This document shows, piece by piece, positions 54,946 to 64,000 of a stretch of DNA of 64,000 nucleotides (the first letter of the stretch is position 1; every line of letters begins with the position of its first letter). A program made the position numbers and the translations under genes. The DNA comes from an uncultured Gammaproteobacteria bacterium (GTDB taxonomy: Bacteria; Pseudomonadota; Gammaproteobacteria; Steroidobacterales; MnTg04): contig CAZMOM010000009.1 of the NCBI GenBank assembly GCA_964568075.1, positions 22,016-86,015 on the forward strand, in the 5' to 3' direction. The notes under the pieces are model-generated. The model was not told the DNA's origin, ran no database searches, and saw nothing but the letters and a program-made list of their open reading frames with translations.

Positions 54946-56039
54946 CCGTGGCACGCGGCGCCTGAATCGAGCCGTTGGCGTCTGGATTCCTTGTCGGGTG
55001 CGGTGGCCAATTTTGCGGCCAGATCGAAAAAATTTTCCAGGTTATTGTTTGCCTGCACTCGCAGAACACACTGCAGCGACGGCAGCAATTCAAAGTACGT
55101 CGAGACGGACACCAGATGCGCATTGTTCAGATCCCGATCGAAGTACGCCATGTAAACACCGAATTCGGGCTGCTCCAGTTCAATTCGATGAAATTCCTCT
55201 TTTAGTTCTGCGAAAATCCGCTTTTTCTCTCGCCGCATTTTTTCTTCGCCGATATCGAGCAGATACAAATCACGTAACTTTTGACGGGTCTGCGCATTGA
55301 TTCTTGCGAATGTTGTTTGCATAGCCCTGGCTGTGCCATAGGCCGCCAGGGCTTGTTCGTCGCTTTTGGATGTCAGCCACTCGACGACACCAAAGGCTTC
55401 GACCACAGTCGCAAATGCCTCGCTAAACTCCGAGTCATTCTTGACGTACAGCCGTTGATGCGCCAGCTCATGAAAGATTACGCCAGCCAGTTGAGAGTCT
55501 TCCCAGTAAATCATCGTATTGAATACCGGATCATCAAATCGGCCCAGGGTCGAATAAGCGGCAATACCCGCAACATAGACATCGTTGCCCTTTTTGCTCA
55601 TATGAGCGGCGAACCGTCGCGCCTTTTGTTCCCTGAAATAGCCTCTGTACGACACGCAACCGATCACCAGGAAGCATGAATCGACCGGCTCCACCGAAAA
55701 TTCGGGGGCCGCAAAAACATTCCACACTGCATAAGGTCTTTGCAGATCTGCGTAATACCGGTAACTGCCGTTGTCCGGCAAGTGCAATCGATCGCTGGCA
55801 AAATCCCGGATCTCCTGAACCAGCTTCAGGCGTTCCTTCAGATCCGCCTGTGTTGCAGGATTTTCGATCAGCGCGTCTATTGCCTGGCGCCGGTTTAACA
55901 CCTTTAACTGACCGCCGATCGCCTGCATATAATAGCCAACGCTGCAACCGCCAAGCGTCATCGCGCCCAGACCACACAGGGCCAGCCACATAAAAAACGT
56001 GCCCCAACGGAAGGTCGGCACGGCCGGATCACATCGCAT
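54942..56039 (-). CDS. putative zinc aminopeptidase lipoprotein (DUF2265-like)
   Basis: Lipobox LGGC, YY.QAI.GQ, LPDNGSYR.YADL.RP, AAYSTLG.F.DP, IFHELAHQ, FSEAFA. Start re-called to ATG 56039. Confidence 0.85.
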   Translation of the reverse strand: MRCDPAVPTFRWGTFFMWLALCGLGAMTLGGCSVGYYMQAIGGQLKVLNRRQAIDALIENPATQADLKERLKLVQEIRDFASDRLHLPDNGSYRYYADLQRPYAVWNVFAAPEFSVEPVDSCFLVIGCVSYRGYFREQKARRFAAHMSKKGNDVYVAGIAAYSTLGRFDDPVFNTMIYWEDSQLAGVIFHELAHQRLYVKNDSEFSEAFATVVEAFGVVEWLTSKSDEQALAAYGTARAMQTTFARINAQTRQKLRDLYLLDIGEEKMRREKKRIFAELKEEFHRIELEQPEFGVYMAYFDRDLNNAHLVSVSTYFELLPSLQCVLRVQANNNLENFFDLAAKLATAPDKESRRQRLDSGAACHG

Positions 56040-56134
56040 GATTTTCCTTTTATGAGACAAGCTTTGCTCTGATTCAGCAGCGTGACATTGTACTGCAGCG
56101 AAACGCCGAACAGACATTCAGTTAAGATTCCCTT

Positions 56135-57367
56135 ATGGATACGTATCTTGTCGGCGGTGCGGTTCGCGATCGTTATCTCGGGCAGCCGGCCCGTGAAAAG
56201 GATTGGGTCGTCACCCACGCTACGCCCGAGGAAATGCTGCGCCTTGGATACCGCCAGGTCGGCAAGGATTTTCCGGTATTCCTGCATCCGGAAACTGGTG
56301 AAGAATACGCGCTGGCCCGCACCGAGCGAAAAACCGGGCCCGGTTATACCGGTTTTGCCGTCGATGCCTCGCCCGAAGTAACCCTTGAGGAGGACTTGCG
56401 ACGACGCGATCTGACCATTAATGCGATGGCCATCGATGCCGACGGTAAGCTCATCGATCCCTGCGGCGGGCAAGCCGATCTGAGCGATCGAATTCTTCGC
56501 CATGTTTCGCCGGCATTCTCCGAGGACCCCGTTCGCCTTCTGCGGGTGGCGCGTTTCGCCGCTCGCTTTGCTGAATCAGGGTTTACGGTTGCGGACGAAA
56601 CCATGAAGCTCATGAGGCAAATGGTTGAAAACGGCGAAGTGGATGCACTGGTCGCGGAGCGTGTCTGGCAGGAAACCCAGGTTGCCCTCGGTGAATCACG
56701 GCCACAGGTTTTTTTCCAGATCCTTAAAGATTGTGGGGCGCTGGCGATACTGTTTCCGGAACTGGACGAACTGTTTGGCGTTCCGCAGGTCCCGAAATGG
56801 CATCCGGAAGTCGATTGCGGGGTCCACACGATGATGGCTCTGCAGACAGTCGCCGCGATGAGCGATGACCCCATCGTTCGGTTCGCGACACTGGTGCATG
56901 ATTTGGGCAAAGGCAAAACACCGGCCGATCAGTTGCCCCGCCATGTGGGCCATGAGAAACGAAGCGTCGAATTGATTCTCGGGATGGGAGCGAGACTGCG
57001 GATTCCCAATTCGTATATCGGACTGGCACGTCTGGTTGCCCGATATCATGGTCACTGCCATCGCGCACTCGAACTGAGACCGTCCACGCTTCTGCGATTG
57101 ATCGAAGCCACCGACGCTTGGCGCCGGCCGCAAAGGCTGGATGATTTTCTGATTGCCTGTGAGGCGGATTTTCGCGGCCGCAAAAATTTCACCGAAAAAA
57201 GTTACCCGCAGGCGAAACTCGTCAGGGAAATGGCGGATATCACCGGTCGAGTTTCCACCGACGACATCAATCTCGACGGGCTTAACGGCGAGGAAGTCGG
57301 TGCCAGGCTTACCGAAGCCCGTTGTCAGGCAATCGCCGCTGCCTTGAAAAAAAGATCTGCCGGTTAG
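56135..57367 (+). CDS. cca: CCA-adding enzyme with HD domain
   Basis: YLVGGAVRD, KDWVV, EEDLRRRDLTINAMA, EDPVRLLRVARF, HPEVDCG.H, LVHDLGKG. Confidence 0.97.
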   Translation: MDTYLVGGAVRDRYLGQPAREKDWVVTHATPEEMLRLGYRQVGKDFPVFLHPETGEEYALARTERKTGPGYTGFAVDASPEVTLEEDLRRRDLTINAMAIDADGKLIDPCGGQADLSDRILRHVSPAFSEDPVRLLRVARFAARFAESGFTVADETMKLMRQMVENGEVDALVAERVWQETQVALGESRPQVFFQILKDCGALAILFPELDELFGVPQVPKWHPEVDCGVHTMMALQTVAAMSDDPIVRFATLVHDLGKGKTPADQLPRHVGHEKRSVELILGMGARLRIPNSYIGLARLVARYHGHCHRALELRPSTLLRLIEATDAWRRPQRLDDFLIACEADFRGRKNFTEKSYPQAKLVREMADITGRVSTDDINLDGLNGEEVGARLTEARCQAIAAALKKRSAG

Positions 57368-57416
57368 GACGAGACCCGAAGCGCCAAGCGGGTCCGGGAG
57401 GGATTATCCCAACTAG

Positions 57417-57577
57417 CCCGGATTATTCATGAATCGTCGCGATGATTGCGCAGAGCATTGTTTGCACACGGTATTTTCTGACCGAGCGGAATATCCGTGT
57501 GTATTTTCGAGGGAGGAAAATCTCGTGTGCGGACAAGGATCAAGCAAGGGCGCGAGCGCATTCATGAATAAGCCGGG
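57417..57577. mobile_element. MITE-like element (161 bp) with 18-bp terminal inverted repeats, flanked by CTAG
   Basis: Left CCCGGATTATTCATGAAT (57417-57434) and right ATTCATGAATAAGCCGGG (57560-57577) match 17/18 as inverted repeats. CTAG at 57413-57416 and 57578-57581. No coding capacity; single copy in this window. Confidence 0.65.
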
Positions 57578-58369
57578 CTAGTACACGACCAAGATAACAA
57601 CCGCCAGGAACAACCGGTAAATAGCGAAAGGCAGCATGCCTGTCCGCTCGAGCAGCGACAGGAACCAACGGATGCAAAGCAGCGCGCTGCCGAAGGCAAT
57701 CAGCATCCCGGTGACCAGTCCCAGCCAGTCTACGGTTTCGCTCTGACTCATCAGCAACCGCAATTCCAACAGCGCCGCCAGTGAGATAACGGGGATGGAC
57801 AACAGAAAAGAAAATCGGGCCGCCGCGACACGATTCAGCCCCAACGCGAGTCCAGCCGTCATCGTGATCCCCGAGCGCGACGTTCCGGGTATCAGCGCTA
57901 GCGCCTGGGCCAGCCCAATCAGCGCCACGTCCCGAAGCCTGATGCTATATTCATCGCGGACTTTCCTGCCGGATATATCGGCAAACCAAAGGAGCAGCCC
58001 GAAGCCGGCGGTTGTGCCGGCAATCAGCAGCGGATCGCGCAACTGTTCTGAAAAACCATTAATCAGGAGACCGGCTACGCCGACCGGAATCGTGCCCAAT
58101 AACACCGCCCAGGCCAGTCTGGCTTCTGCCCGTTTTTCCCGGCCCGATACTGAACTCAGCCAGGCACTGCACATGCGACTGAGATCGGTGCGAAAATACC
58201 AGACCACTGCAAACAGCGTACCCAGGTGAACGGCGATATCAAATGGCAGCCCCTGATCCGACCAGCCCAATAGTCTTGGCAGCAATATCAGGTGGCCCGA
58301 GCTGGATATCGGCAAAAATTCGGTCAGTCCCTGTAACAGGGCAAGCCAGATGCTGTGCAGTAAATCCAA
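57578..58369 (-). CDS. uppP: undecaprenyl-diphosphate phosphatase
   Basis: LQGLTEFLPISSSGH, HLGT, AQALALIPGTSRSGIT, ARFSFLLSIP, FAIYR. Confidence 0.96.
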   Translation of the reverse strand: MDLLHSIWLALLQGLTEFLPISSSGHLILLPRLLGWSDQGLPFDIAVHLGTLFAVVWYFRTDLSRMCSAWLSSVSGREKRAEARLAWAVLLGTIPVGVAGLLINGFSEQLRDPLLIAGTTAGFGLLLWFADISGRKVRDEYSIRLRDVALIGLAQALALIPGTSRSGITMTAGLALGLNRVAAARFSFLLSIPVISLAALLELRLLMSQSETVDWLGLVTGMLIAFGSALLCIRWFLSLLERTGMLPFAIYRLFLAVVILVVY

Positions 58370-58378
58370 GCCGTTTCC

Positions 58379-59563
58379 TTACAGTCTGTCGCTGAAGTCG
58401 CGGAGGGCAAAACCCCGCAGCCGACTGCCGACCCCGCGGGTCAGCGCCATGACTTTGAACCGCTCGCCCATCTCTCCCGGCAGCGTAAGTGTTTTTACCT
58501 GGCTAGCCAATTCAAGCTGGCTGCGCTGGTCCTCGCTAAATTGCCTAGCCACAAGTTCATCCAGTCCCAGTGACATCAGCCAGTGCGCCTGTGTGGAGAA
58601 TCCTGCCAGGTTCAGCCCCTCCGCTTCGCCCGCCGCCGCGATCGCGCTGAAGTCGACCCAAGCCGTAATATCCTGCAACCCGGGCCAAAAGAACGCATCG
58701 TCATGAGCACGATGCCGGTAATGACAAAGCAAGGTTCCGCCGACGCGGTCGGGATGATAGTACTCCTGGCGACTGAGACCATAATCAGAAATGCAAAACA
58801 TCCCCTCGCGCAGACACGATGCGACCGATCGCGTCCACGACACCAGGGTGGGGCACCATTCCGACTGGTAGCCGACAGGGTATTCATCGAGCGACCGCCC
58901 GAGACTCTCACCGACCGTGCGGGCTAATTTCTCCGACATTGCTACCCGGCGAAAACAAAAACGATCGCCGTCCAGCCCAACCACGACCCGCTGCAGCCCA
59001 TCGTGTCCAATAACGAATCGCTCAACCGGCAGGGCGTCCACAACTTCATTGGCCAGAATGCAGCCAAACAAAGGATATTCAGGCAAGCAATCCAGCCATT
59101 CGACGCGTGGCAATAAATGCGCAACGGCAGCGGCCAGCTTTTTCTGTTGCCGCTCACGAAGATCGGCGCTGACTTCAAGAATTAGATAGCGATCGGGCAG
59201 GCTGTCTATGCCCTCAAGCTCCAGCAGAACATCTGCCGCCATCACGCCGCTGCCGGCGCCCAGCTCCATGATCACCTTGCTGTGTCCATTACTGATCGCT
59301 GACAGCACGTCACGACATTGCCTGGCCAGACATCGCGAAAACAACGGTGAAATCTCCGGCGCAGTAACGAAATCGCCGGCTTCACCAAACTTGCTACTGC
59401 CCGCGCTGTAATATCCGAGCCCCGGCTCGTACAGAGCAAGACGCATGAATCGCTCAAACGAGATTACCCCGGTCGCACGGATCTCGTTGCGGATCAAGTC
59501 GCTCAACGCCTCACTAAGAATCTGAGCATCGCCGGCCGGTAACGGTAAACTGTGGGGGTTCAT
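58379..59563 (-). CDS. SAM-dependent methyltransferase, MidA/NDUFAF7 family
   Basis: FMRLALYEPGLGYY, GDFVTAPEISPLF, ELGAGSG, ANEVVDALP, DYG, QDITAWVDF, GEMGERFK. Confidence 0.92.
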   Translation of the reverse strand: MNPHSLPLPAGDAQILSEALSDLIRNEIRATGVISFERFMRLALYEPGLGYYSAGSSKFGEAGDFVTAPEISPLFSRCLARQCRDVLSAISNGHSKVIMELGAGSGVMAADVLLELEGIDSLPDRYLILEVSADLRERQQKKLAAAVAHLLPRVEWLDCLPEYPLFGCILANEVVDALPVERFVIGHDGLQRVVVGLDGDRFCFRRVAMSEKLARTVGESLGRSLDEYPVGYQSEWCPTLVSWTRSVASCLREGMFCISDYGLSRQEYYHPDRVGGTLLCHYRHRAHDDAFFWPGLQDITAWVDFSAIAAAGEAEGLNLAGFSTQAHWLMSLGLDELVARQFSEDQRSQLELASQVKTLTLPGEMGERFKVMALTRGVGSRLRGFALRDFSDRL

Positions 59564-59687
59564 ACAGGATCGGCTTCCGAACAAACAACCATGCAGACTT
59601 ATGACCTGCGTACGGTCGGGAGTGTATTGTAATCATCCGTGGACAGATTCCGTAATCACCCGGCGAGCAAAGGGCTACTGACAGACA

Positions 59688-60446
59688 ATGGACAACGATT
59701 TTAGCAGAGCGCTGGAAGGCAAAACCGTGCTTGTGACCGGAGCAGCGAAGCGTATCGGCGCCTCGCTCGTTAGCGAATTTCATCGTGCCGGAGCAAGTCT
59801 GTTCATTCATTTCCGCAGCTCCGCCGATCAGGCCACGGCGCTGGCCGCAAAACTCAACGGTCACCGGCCGGGCTCGGCATTCACTCTGCAGACCGACTTG
59901 AATAAGCCAGACGCGCCGACGCAATTGATTGACGAAATCAAACAATCGACCGGCAGATTGGATGTGCTGATCAATAACGCTTCCGACTTTTTTGCTACGC
60001 CGCTGGGGTCTGTTACTCAGTCCGACTGGGACAGTCTGATCAACAGTAATCTGCGTGGCCCGTTTTTTTTGAGCCAGGCCGCCGCACCCCTGCTGAGATC
60101 ATCGCGCGGGCTCATACTCAATATTCTGGATATTCATGCCAGCAAGCCGCTGCGCGACCACTCGGTTTATTGCATGGCTAAAGCCGGGCTTTCGATGATG
60201 ACGCGCGCGCTCGCGCAGGATCTTGCACCGGAAATCCGCGTTAACGGCATCGCGCCCGGGGCAATCGTCTGGCCCGAACAGAACATTTCCGAACAGGAAA
60301 GACAACGCATCGTCAGCCAGACGCCGATGGGCAGGACCGGCGATGTCGCTGACATTTCCGGTCTGGCTGTTTTTTTGGCTACGGATGCCGAATTCATCAC
60401 CGGCCAGGTTATCGCGGTTGACGGCGGACGCAGCGTAAGCGACTGA
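59688..60446 (+). CDS. folM: pteridine reductase / dihydromonapterin reductase-like SDR
   Basis: TGAAKRIG, LINNAS, YCMAK, VNGIAPG. Adjacent to folK/folB. Confidence 0.8.
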   Translation: MDNDFSRALEGKTVLVTGAAKRIGASLVSEFHRAGASLFIHFRSSADQATALAAKLNGHRPGSAFTLQTDLNKPDAPTQLIDEIKQSTGRLDVLINNASDFFATPLGSVTQSDWDSLINSNLRGPFFLSQAAAPLLRSSRGLILNILDIHASKPLRDHSVYCMAKAGLSMMTRALAQDLAPEIRVNGIAPGAIVWPEQNISEQERQRIVSQTPMGRTGDVADISGLAVFLATDAEFITGQVIAVDGGRSVSD

Positions 60447-60457
60447 GCGGCCAGCGA

Positions 60458-60946
60458 TCAAAGCGGCAGGCTCACCCGCTGGAGCGGGTGCCTCCCGGTA
60501 TCGAAGTGTTTCCACAAATCTCCATATGACTGCTCTCTTCCCGGGTGCAACATGGTCGGCCGCAGATCGGCCAAGGGTTTCAGCACATACGAACGTTGCA
60601 ATATCTCGGGTCGCGGAATCTCCAGTCCTTTTTCGCTGATCACGGCATCGCCATAAAGCAGCAGATCGAGATCCAGAGTTCTCGGCGCATGCCGCGGCAA
60701 GCTGCGGTCTCGCTGACATTGGTCCTCAATAAGTCTCAGATCACCCGCCAGCGTCTGCGGAGTCTGATCATTTTCGAATACCGCCACCAGGTTATAAAAA
60801 TCCTCGCCGTCAAATCCGACCGACGAATTCTTGTAGACCGGTGACAGATCGATGGCACCAAACCGTTCTCTCATCAGCGCCACGCCTTCGGCAAGAAAAC
60901 GTCTCGGCTCAGTGTTGCTGCCTACACTGACGAAGACCTCAGGCAT
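60458..60946 (-). CDS. folK: 2-amino-4-hydroxy-6-hydroxymethyldihydropteridine diphosphokinase
   Basis: VSVGSN, FYNLV, PRTLDLDLLLY, PRPEI..RSYVL.PL. Start re-called to ATG 60946. Confidence 0.92.
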   Translation of the reverse strand: MPEVFVSVGSNTEPRRFLAEGVALMRERFGAIDLSPVYKNSSVGFDGEDFYNLVAVFENDQTPQTLAGDLRLIEDQCQRDRSLPRHAPRTLDLDLLLYGDAVISEKGLEIPRPEILQRSYVLKPLADLRPTMLHPGREQSYGDLWKHFDTGRHPLQRVSLPL

Positions 60947-61304
60947 CGGTGTCGCCCCCGCCTCGCTCGATAATAATGCCGACTCCCGCTGCCCCTCGGA
61001 CGGCGCCCTGCTTGTTAACAGTGACCCGCACCCACGGAACGCAGAACTCACCGGTCACGATGCCGGCGACGGCCTCCGCCAGCGTCTCCACCAGTTGAAA
61101 ATTTGACACTTCGACAAAGGCAATAACGCGCTTGGCCACCTTTTTATAGTCCAGTGCGTCTGCTATCCGATCCGTGGCAGCTGCCTTGCGGTTGTCGCAG
61201 GCCATTTCGAGATCGATGCTGACCGTCTGACGGATACCGCGTTCCCAGTCAAATACTCCGATGGTTGTTTTCACTTTCAGGTCCCGCAAAAAAACGATAT
61301 CCAC
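60939..61304 (-). CDS. folB: dihydroneopterin aldolase
   Basis: DIVF..DL.V.T.IGV..WER, LDY, LVETLAE, K.GAV. Confidence 0.95.
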   Translation of the reverse strand: MDIVFLRDLKVKTTIGVFDWERGIRQTVSIDLEMACDNRKAAATDRIADALDYKKVAKRVIAFVEVSNFQLVETLAEAVAGIVTGEFCVPWVRVTVNKQGAVRGAAGVGIIIERGGGDTDA

Positions 61305-61306
61305 CT

Positions 61307-62332
61307 TCAGGCCTCCACGGTTTTGGGCGCCGGCGGTGTCAGCTGATCCAGCGGCCAGCGAGCGCGTGCGAGTATTTGTCCGGAATCGCTTTGCCCGGCC
61401 TGCATTCTGAGCAACCCGGTGTAGGCGATCATCGCGCCGTTATCGGTGCAAAAATTCGGTCTCGGATAATAGACCCGCCCGTCTACAGCCTGAATCGCGT
61501 CGGCCAGTTGCTTGCGCAGTTTGCGGTTAGCGCCGACCCCGCCGGCCACCACCAGGCTCTTTGTCCCTGTCTGCTTCACCGCCCGCAGTGATTTTCCGAC
61601 CAACGTATCGATTACGGCTTGCTCGAACGCACAGGCCAGGTTGGCACGGCTGACGTCGTCTTTTTTCGATTTCTGCCAGGCCAGCATGACCGCTGTCTTA
61701 AGACCCGAAAAACTGAATTCCAGACCAGGCCGGTCCATCATCGGTCGTGGCAAATCGATCTCGCCCCGGCTGCCTTCAGCCGCCAACTGCGCCAGCGCCG
61801 GCCCGCCCGGATAGGGCAACCCCAGCAATTTGGCGGTCTTGTCGAAAGCTTCGCCGGCGGCGTCATCGAGCGTCTCTCCCAAAACCTCGTACCGGCCCAG
61901 CCCCCGCACATCGACCAGCATCGTGTGGCCACCGGAAACCAGCAGCGCAATAAAAGGAAAGGCCGGCGGATTCGGCTCCAGCATCGCCACGAGCAGGTGG
62001 CCTTCCATATGATGCAGGCCCAGCGCGGGTATCTGCCAGCCATAGGCCAGGCTCCTGGCGACCGATGCGCCGACCATCAGCGCCCCGACCAGACCCGGTC
62101 CCGCCGTGTAAGCGATACCGTCGATACCACCACTCACCTGCTCCACCACCTCCCGCAACATGGGCGTCAGTTTTCTCACGTGGTCACGCGATGCCAGCTC
62201 CGGAACCACGCCCCCGTACTCGGCATGCAGGCTTATCTGCGAGTACAGGGAATCTGCGATCAGGCCTTGATCGCTGTCATAGACGGCAACCCCGGTTTCG
62301 TCACAGGAGGTCTCGATTCCCAATACCCGCAT
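61307..62332 (-). CDS. tsaD: tRNA N6-threonylcarbamoyltransferase
   Basis: [62 protein letters not shown]. Confidence 0.97.
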   Translation of the reverse strand: MRVLGIETSCDETGVAVYDSDQGLIADSLYSQISLHAEYGGVVPELASRDHVRKLTPMLREVVEQVSGGIDGIAYTAGPGLVGALMVGASVARSLAYGWQIPALGLHHMEGHLLVAMLEPNPPAFPFIALLVSGGHTMLVDVRGLGRYEVLGETLDDAAGEAFDKTAKLLGLPYPGGPALAQLAAEGSRGEIDLPRPMMDRPGLEFSFSGLKTAVMLAWQKSKKDDVSRANLACAFEQAVIDTLVGKSLRAVKQTGTKSLVVAGGVGANRKLRKQLADAIQAVDGRVYYPRPNFCTDNGAMIAYTGLLRMQAGQSDSGQILARARWPLDQLTPPAPKTVEA

Positions 62333-62475
62333 TCTGATATCCCCGAAAACACGCCAAAAAGCGCGCCGATGCTTTGCAATTCTACACGGCCGCGTTTAGA
62401 ATTCCGCGTCCTGTAACCGGGCCAGGCCCGAATTTTGACCGGGTCATCCGGACTATTGAAAAGGTTGTAATTTAG

Positions 62476-62691
62476 ATGCCCAGCGTTCGAGTTAAAGAGA
62501 ACGAATATTTTGATGCCGCATTGCGTCGCTTCAAGCGCGCCTGTGAGAAAGCCGGCATTCTCACCGAACTTCGTCGTCGCGAGTACTACGAAAAACCGAC
62601 CCAGGAACGGAAGCGGAAAAAAGCGGCCGCCGTCAAGCGGCACATGAAGCGCCTGTCTCGAGACCACTCACGCCGCAAGCGTCTTTATTGA
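62476..62691 (+). CDS. rpsU: 30S ribosomal protein S21
   Basis: [27 protein letters not shown]. Confidence 0.98.
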   Translation: MPSVRVKENEYFDAALRRFKRACEKAGILTELRRREYYEKPTQERKRKKAAAVKRHMKRLSRDHSRRKRLY

Positions 62692-62695
62692 CTCC

Positions 62696-63139
62696 ATGCC
62701 GCTGCGGATCGATATTCATAATGACATGAAGGCCGCGCTCAAGGGCGGTGACAAAGAACGCCTGACGACCATTCGCATGCTGCTGGCGGCGATCAAACAA
62801 CAAGAAGTGGACGAGCGCATCGAATTAAGCGATGCACAGGTGATTGCCGTGGCCGGAAAACTGGTCAAGCAGCGTCGCGAATCCGCGGATCAATTCCGCG
62901 ACGGCCACCGTGAAGACCTGGCCGTGAAGGAAGAATCGGAGCTGCTTATTCTGCAGACCTATCTTCCGGAGCCGCTCGGCGAGGACGAAGTCGTATCGTT
63001 AATCGATGAAGTCATCAAGGAAACCGGGGCCGGTTCGATCAAGGACATGGGCCGGGTGATGAATGAGATCAAATCCCGGGCCCAGGGCCGGGTCGATATA
63101 GCCGCTGTAAGCCAGCAGGTCAAAATACGACTCGCTTGA
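62696..63139 (+). CDS. yqeY: GatB/YqeY domain protein
   Basis: DMKAALK, KQRRES..QF, E..IL..YLPE.L, KDMGRVM. In the rpsU-dnaG operon. Confidence 0.93.
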   Translation: MPLRIDIHNDMKAALKGGDKERLTTIRMLLAAIKQQEVDERIELSDAQVIAVAGKLVKQRRESADQFRDGHREDLAVKEESELLILQTYLPEPLGEDEVVSLIDEVIKETGAGSIKDMGRVMNEIKSRAQGRVDIAAVSQQVKIRLA

Positions 63140-63234
63140 AATCCGTCGGCGACAATGTATATCGTCGACTATATTCATGTAGTCGCGGTTATCCTGTGGA
63201 GCCAGGATAACGGCGTAATCCATTCGGAATCCAG

Positions 63235-64000
63235 ATGGCGGGCCGCATACCAAAACACTTTATTGATGAACTTATCGGTAGGGCGGATATCGTCGACCTG
63301 ATCGGCTCGCGAGTACAATTAAAAAAAGCGGGCCGCGATTACAAGGCTTGTTGCCCCTTCCACGACGAAAAAACCCCTTCATTCACGGTCAGCCAGGGCA
63401 AGCAGTTTTATCACTGTTTCGGTTGCGGCGCGCACGGGACCGTCCTGAGCTTCATCATGGAATACGACAGGCTGGATTTTGTTGCGGCCGTTGAAACCCT
63501 TGCGGCGAGTATGGGGCTGGAGGTCCCCCGTGAGGAGGGCCGGGACGGGCCCCGCCGTGAAGAAGGACTGCATGATTTGATGGCAGACGCCGAGGGGTTT
63601 TATCGCGAGCGGCTAAAAGAAGACAAGCGGGCCATCGAGTACCTGAAAAACCGTGGCCTCAGCGGCGATACGGCGGCACGATTCGGTCTCGGTTTTGCAC
63701 CGGATGCCTGGGACCAACTGGTCAAGAGACTGGCGAAAGACCGGCCGGCCAGAGCGAAAATGGCCGCCGCCGGGTTGATCGTCGAGAAGGACGAAAATCG
63801 CGCTTACGACCGATTTCGCAACCGGATCATGTTCCCCATCCGCGACTCCCGCGGACGCTGCATCGGTTTTGGCGGCCGTGTCCTGGACGATAGCGAGCCA
63901 AAGTATCTGAATTCCCCGGAAACACCGTTGTTCCACAAAGGCAGCGAACTGTATGGCCTGTATGAGGCGCGACAGGCTAACCGCGAGTTGAGCCGGTTGA
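63235..64000 (+). CDS. dnaG: DNA primase (truncated by window end)
   Basis: Not in ORF track. Manual translation: MAGRIP..FID, CPFHDEKTPSF, YHCFGCGAHG zinc finger, YDRFRNRIMFPI, GFGGR, KYLNSPET. Confidence 0.97.
   Translation, partial: MAGRIPKHFIDELIGRADIVDLIGSRVQLKKAGRDYKACCPFHDEKTPSFTVSQGKQFYHCFGCGAHGTVLSFIMEYDRLDFVAAVETLAASMGLEVPREEGRDGPRREEGLHDLMADAEGFYRERLKEDKRAIEYLKNRGLSGDTAARFGLGFAPDAWDQLVKRLAKDRPARAKMAAAGLIVEKDENRAYDRFRNRIMFPIRDSRGRCIGFGGRVLDDSEPKYLNSPETPLFHKGSELYGLYEARQANRELSRL

Noticed and set aside
57413-57581. 6S RNA (similar size, long hairpin)
   Set aside because: Wrong context (not zapA-ygfA), no promoter seen, and the ends are near-perfect TIRs with CTAG flanks rather than the 6S consensus.
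1-64000. CRISPR arrays, tRNA/rRNA, prophage, integrase, transposase and defence genes
   Set aside because: No regularly spaced direct repeats, cloverleaf motifs or recognisable proteins of these classes were found by eye.

Overview
Core-genome segment of a moderately GC-rich gammaproteobacterium. Gene order resembles Pseudomonas/Xanthomonas/Steroidobacter-type chromosomes (inference; no database search was possible). In order it holds: a scattered cobalamin-uptake module (btuD-like ATPase, cobalamin riboswitch, btuB, pduO-type adenosyltransferase, btuF); ampDE; a Pil-Chp chemosensory operon (pilGHIJ-chpA-chpC); gshB-apbE-tonB-yqgE-ruvX-pyrB-pyrK; three tandem PilT/PilU ATPases; yggS/T/U; a doubly disrupted cation:proton antiporter; rocD and pruA; several periplasmic enzymes; a small-ORF cluster around an orphan ParA; a split class II (B12-dependent) ribonucleotide reductase nrdJa/nrdJb; hsp20-degP; cca, uppP, folM/folK/folB and tsaD; and rpsU-yqeY-dnaG (truncated). 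No rRNA, tRNA, CRISPR array, integrase or transposase was seen. Four non-obvious signals stand out. (1) Four CRP/Vfr-type boxes each sit exactly at the class II position (-41.5) relative to a -10 hexamer; three of them face a cluster of 47-75 aa ORFs flanking the orphan parA. (2) A 161-bp MITE-like element with 18-bp terminal inverted repeats is flanked by CTAG at the uppP stop codon. (3) The cobalamin riboswitch carries an extra hairpin inside loop L4. (4) The antiporter gene carries both an in-frame TAG and a 1-nt frameshift. Several start codons were re-called from RBS context and differ from the ORF track. All family assignments come from motif recognition by eye.
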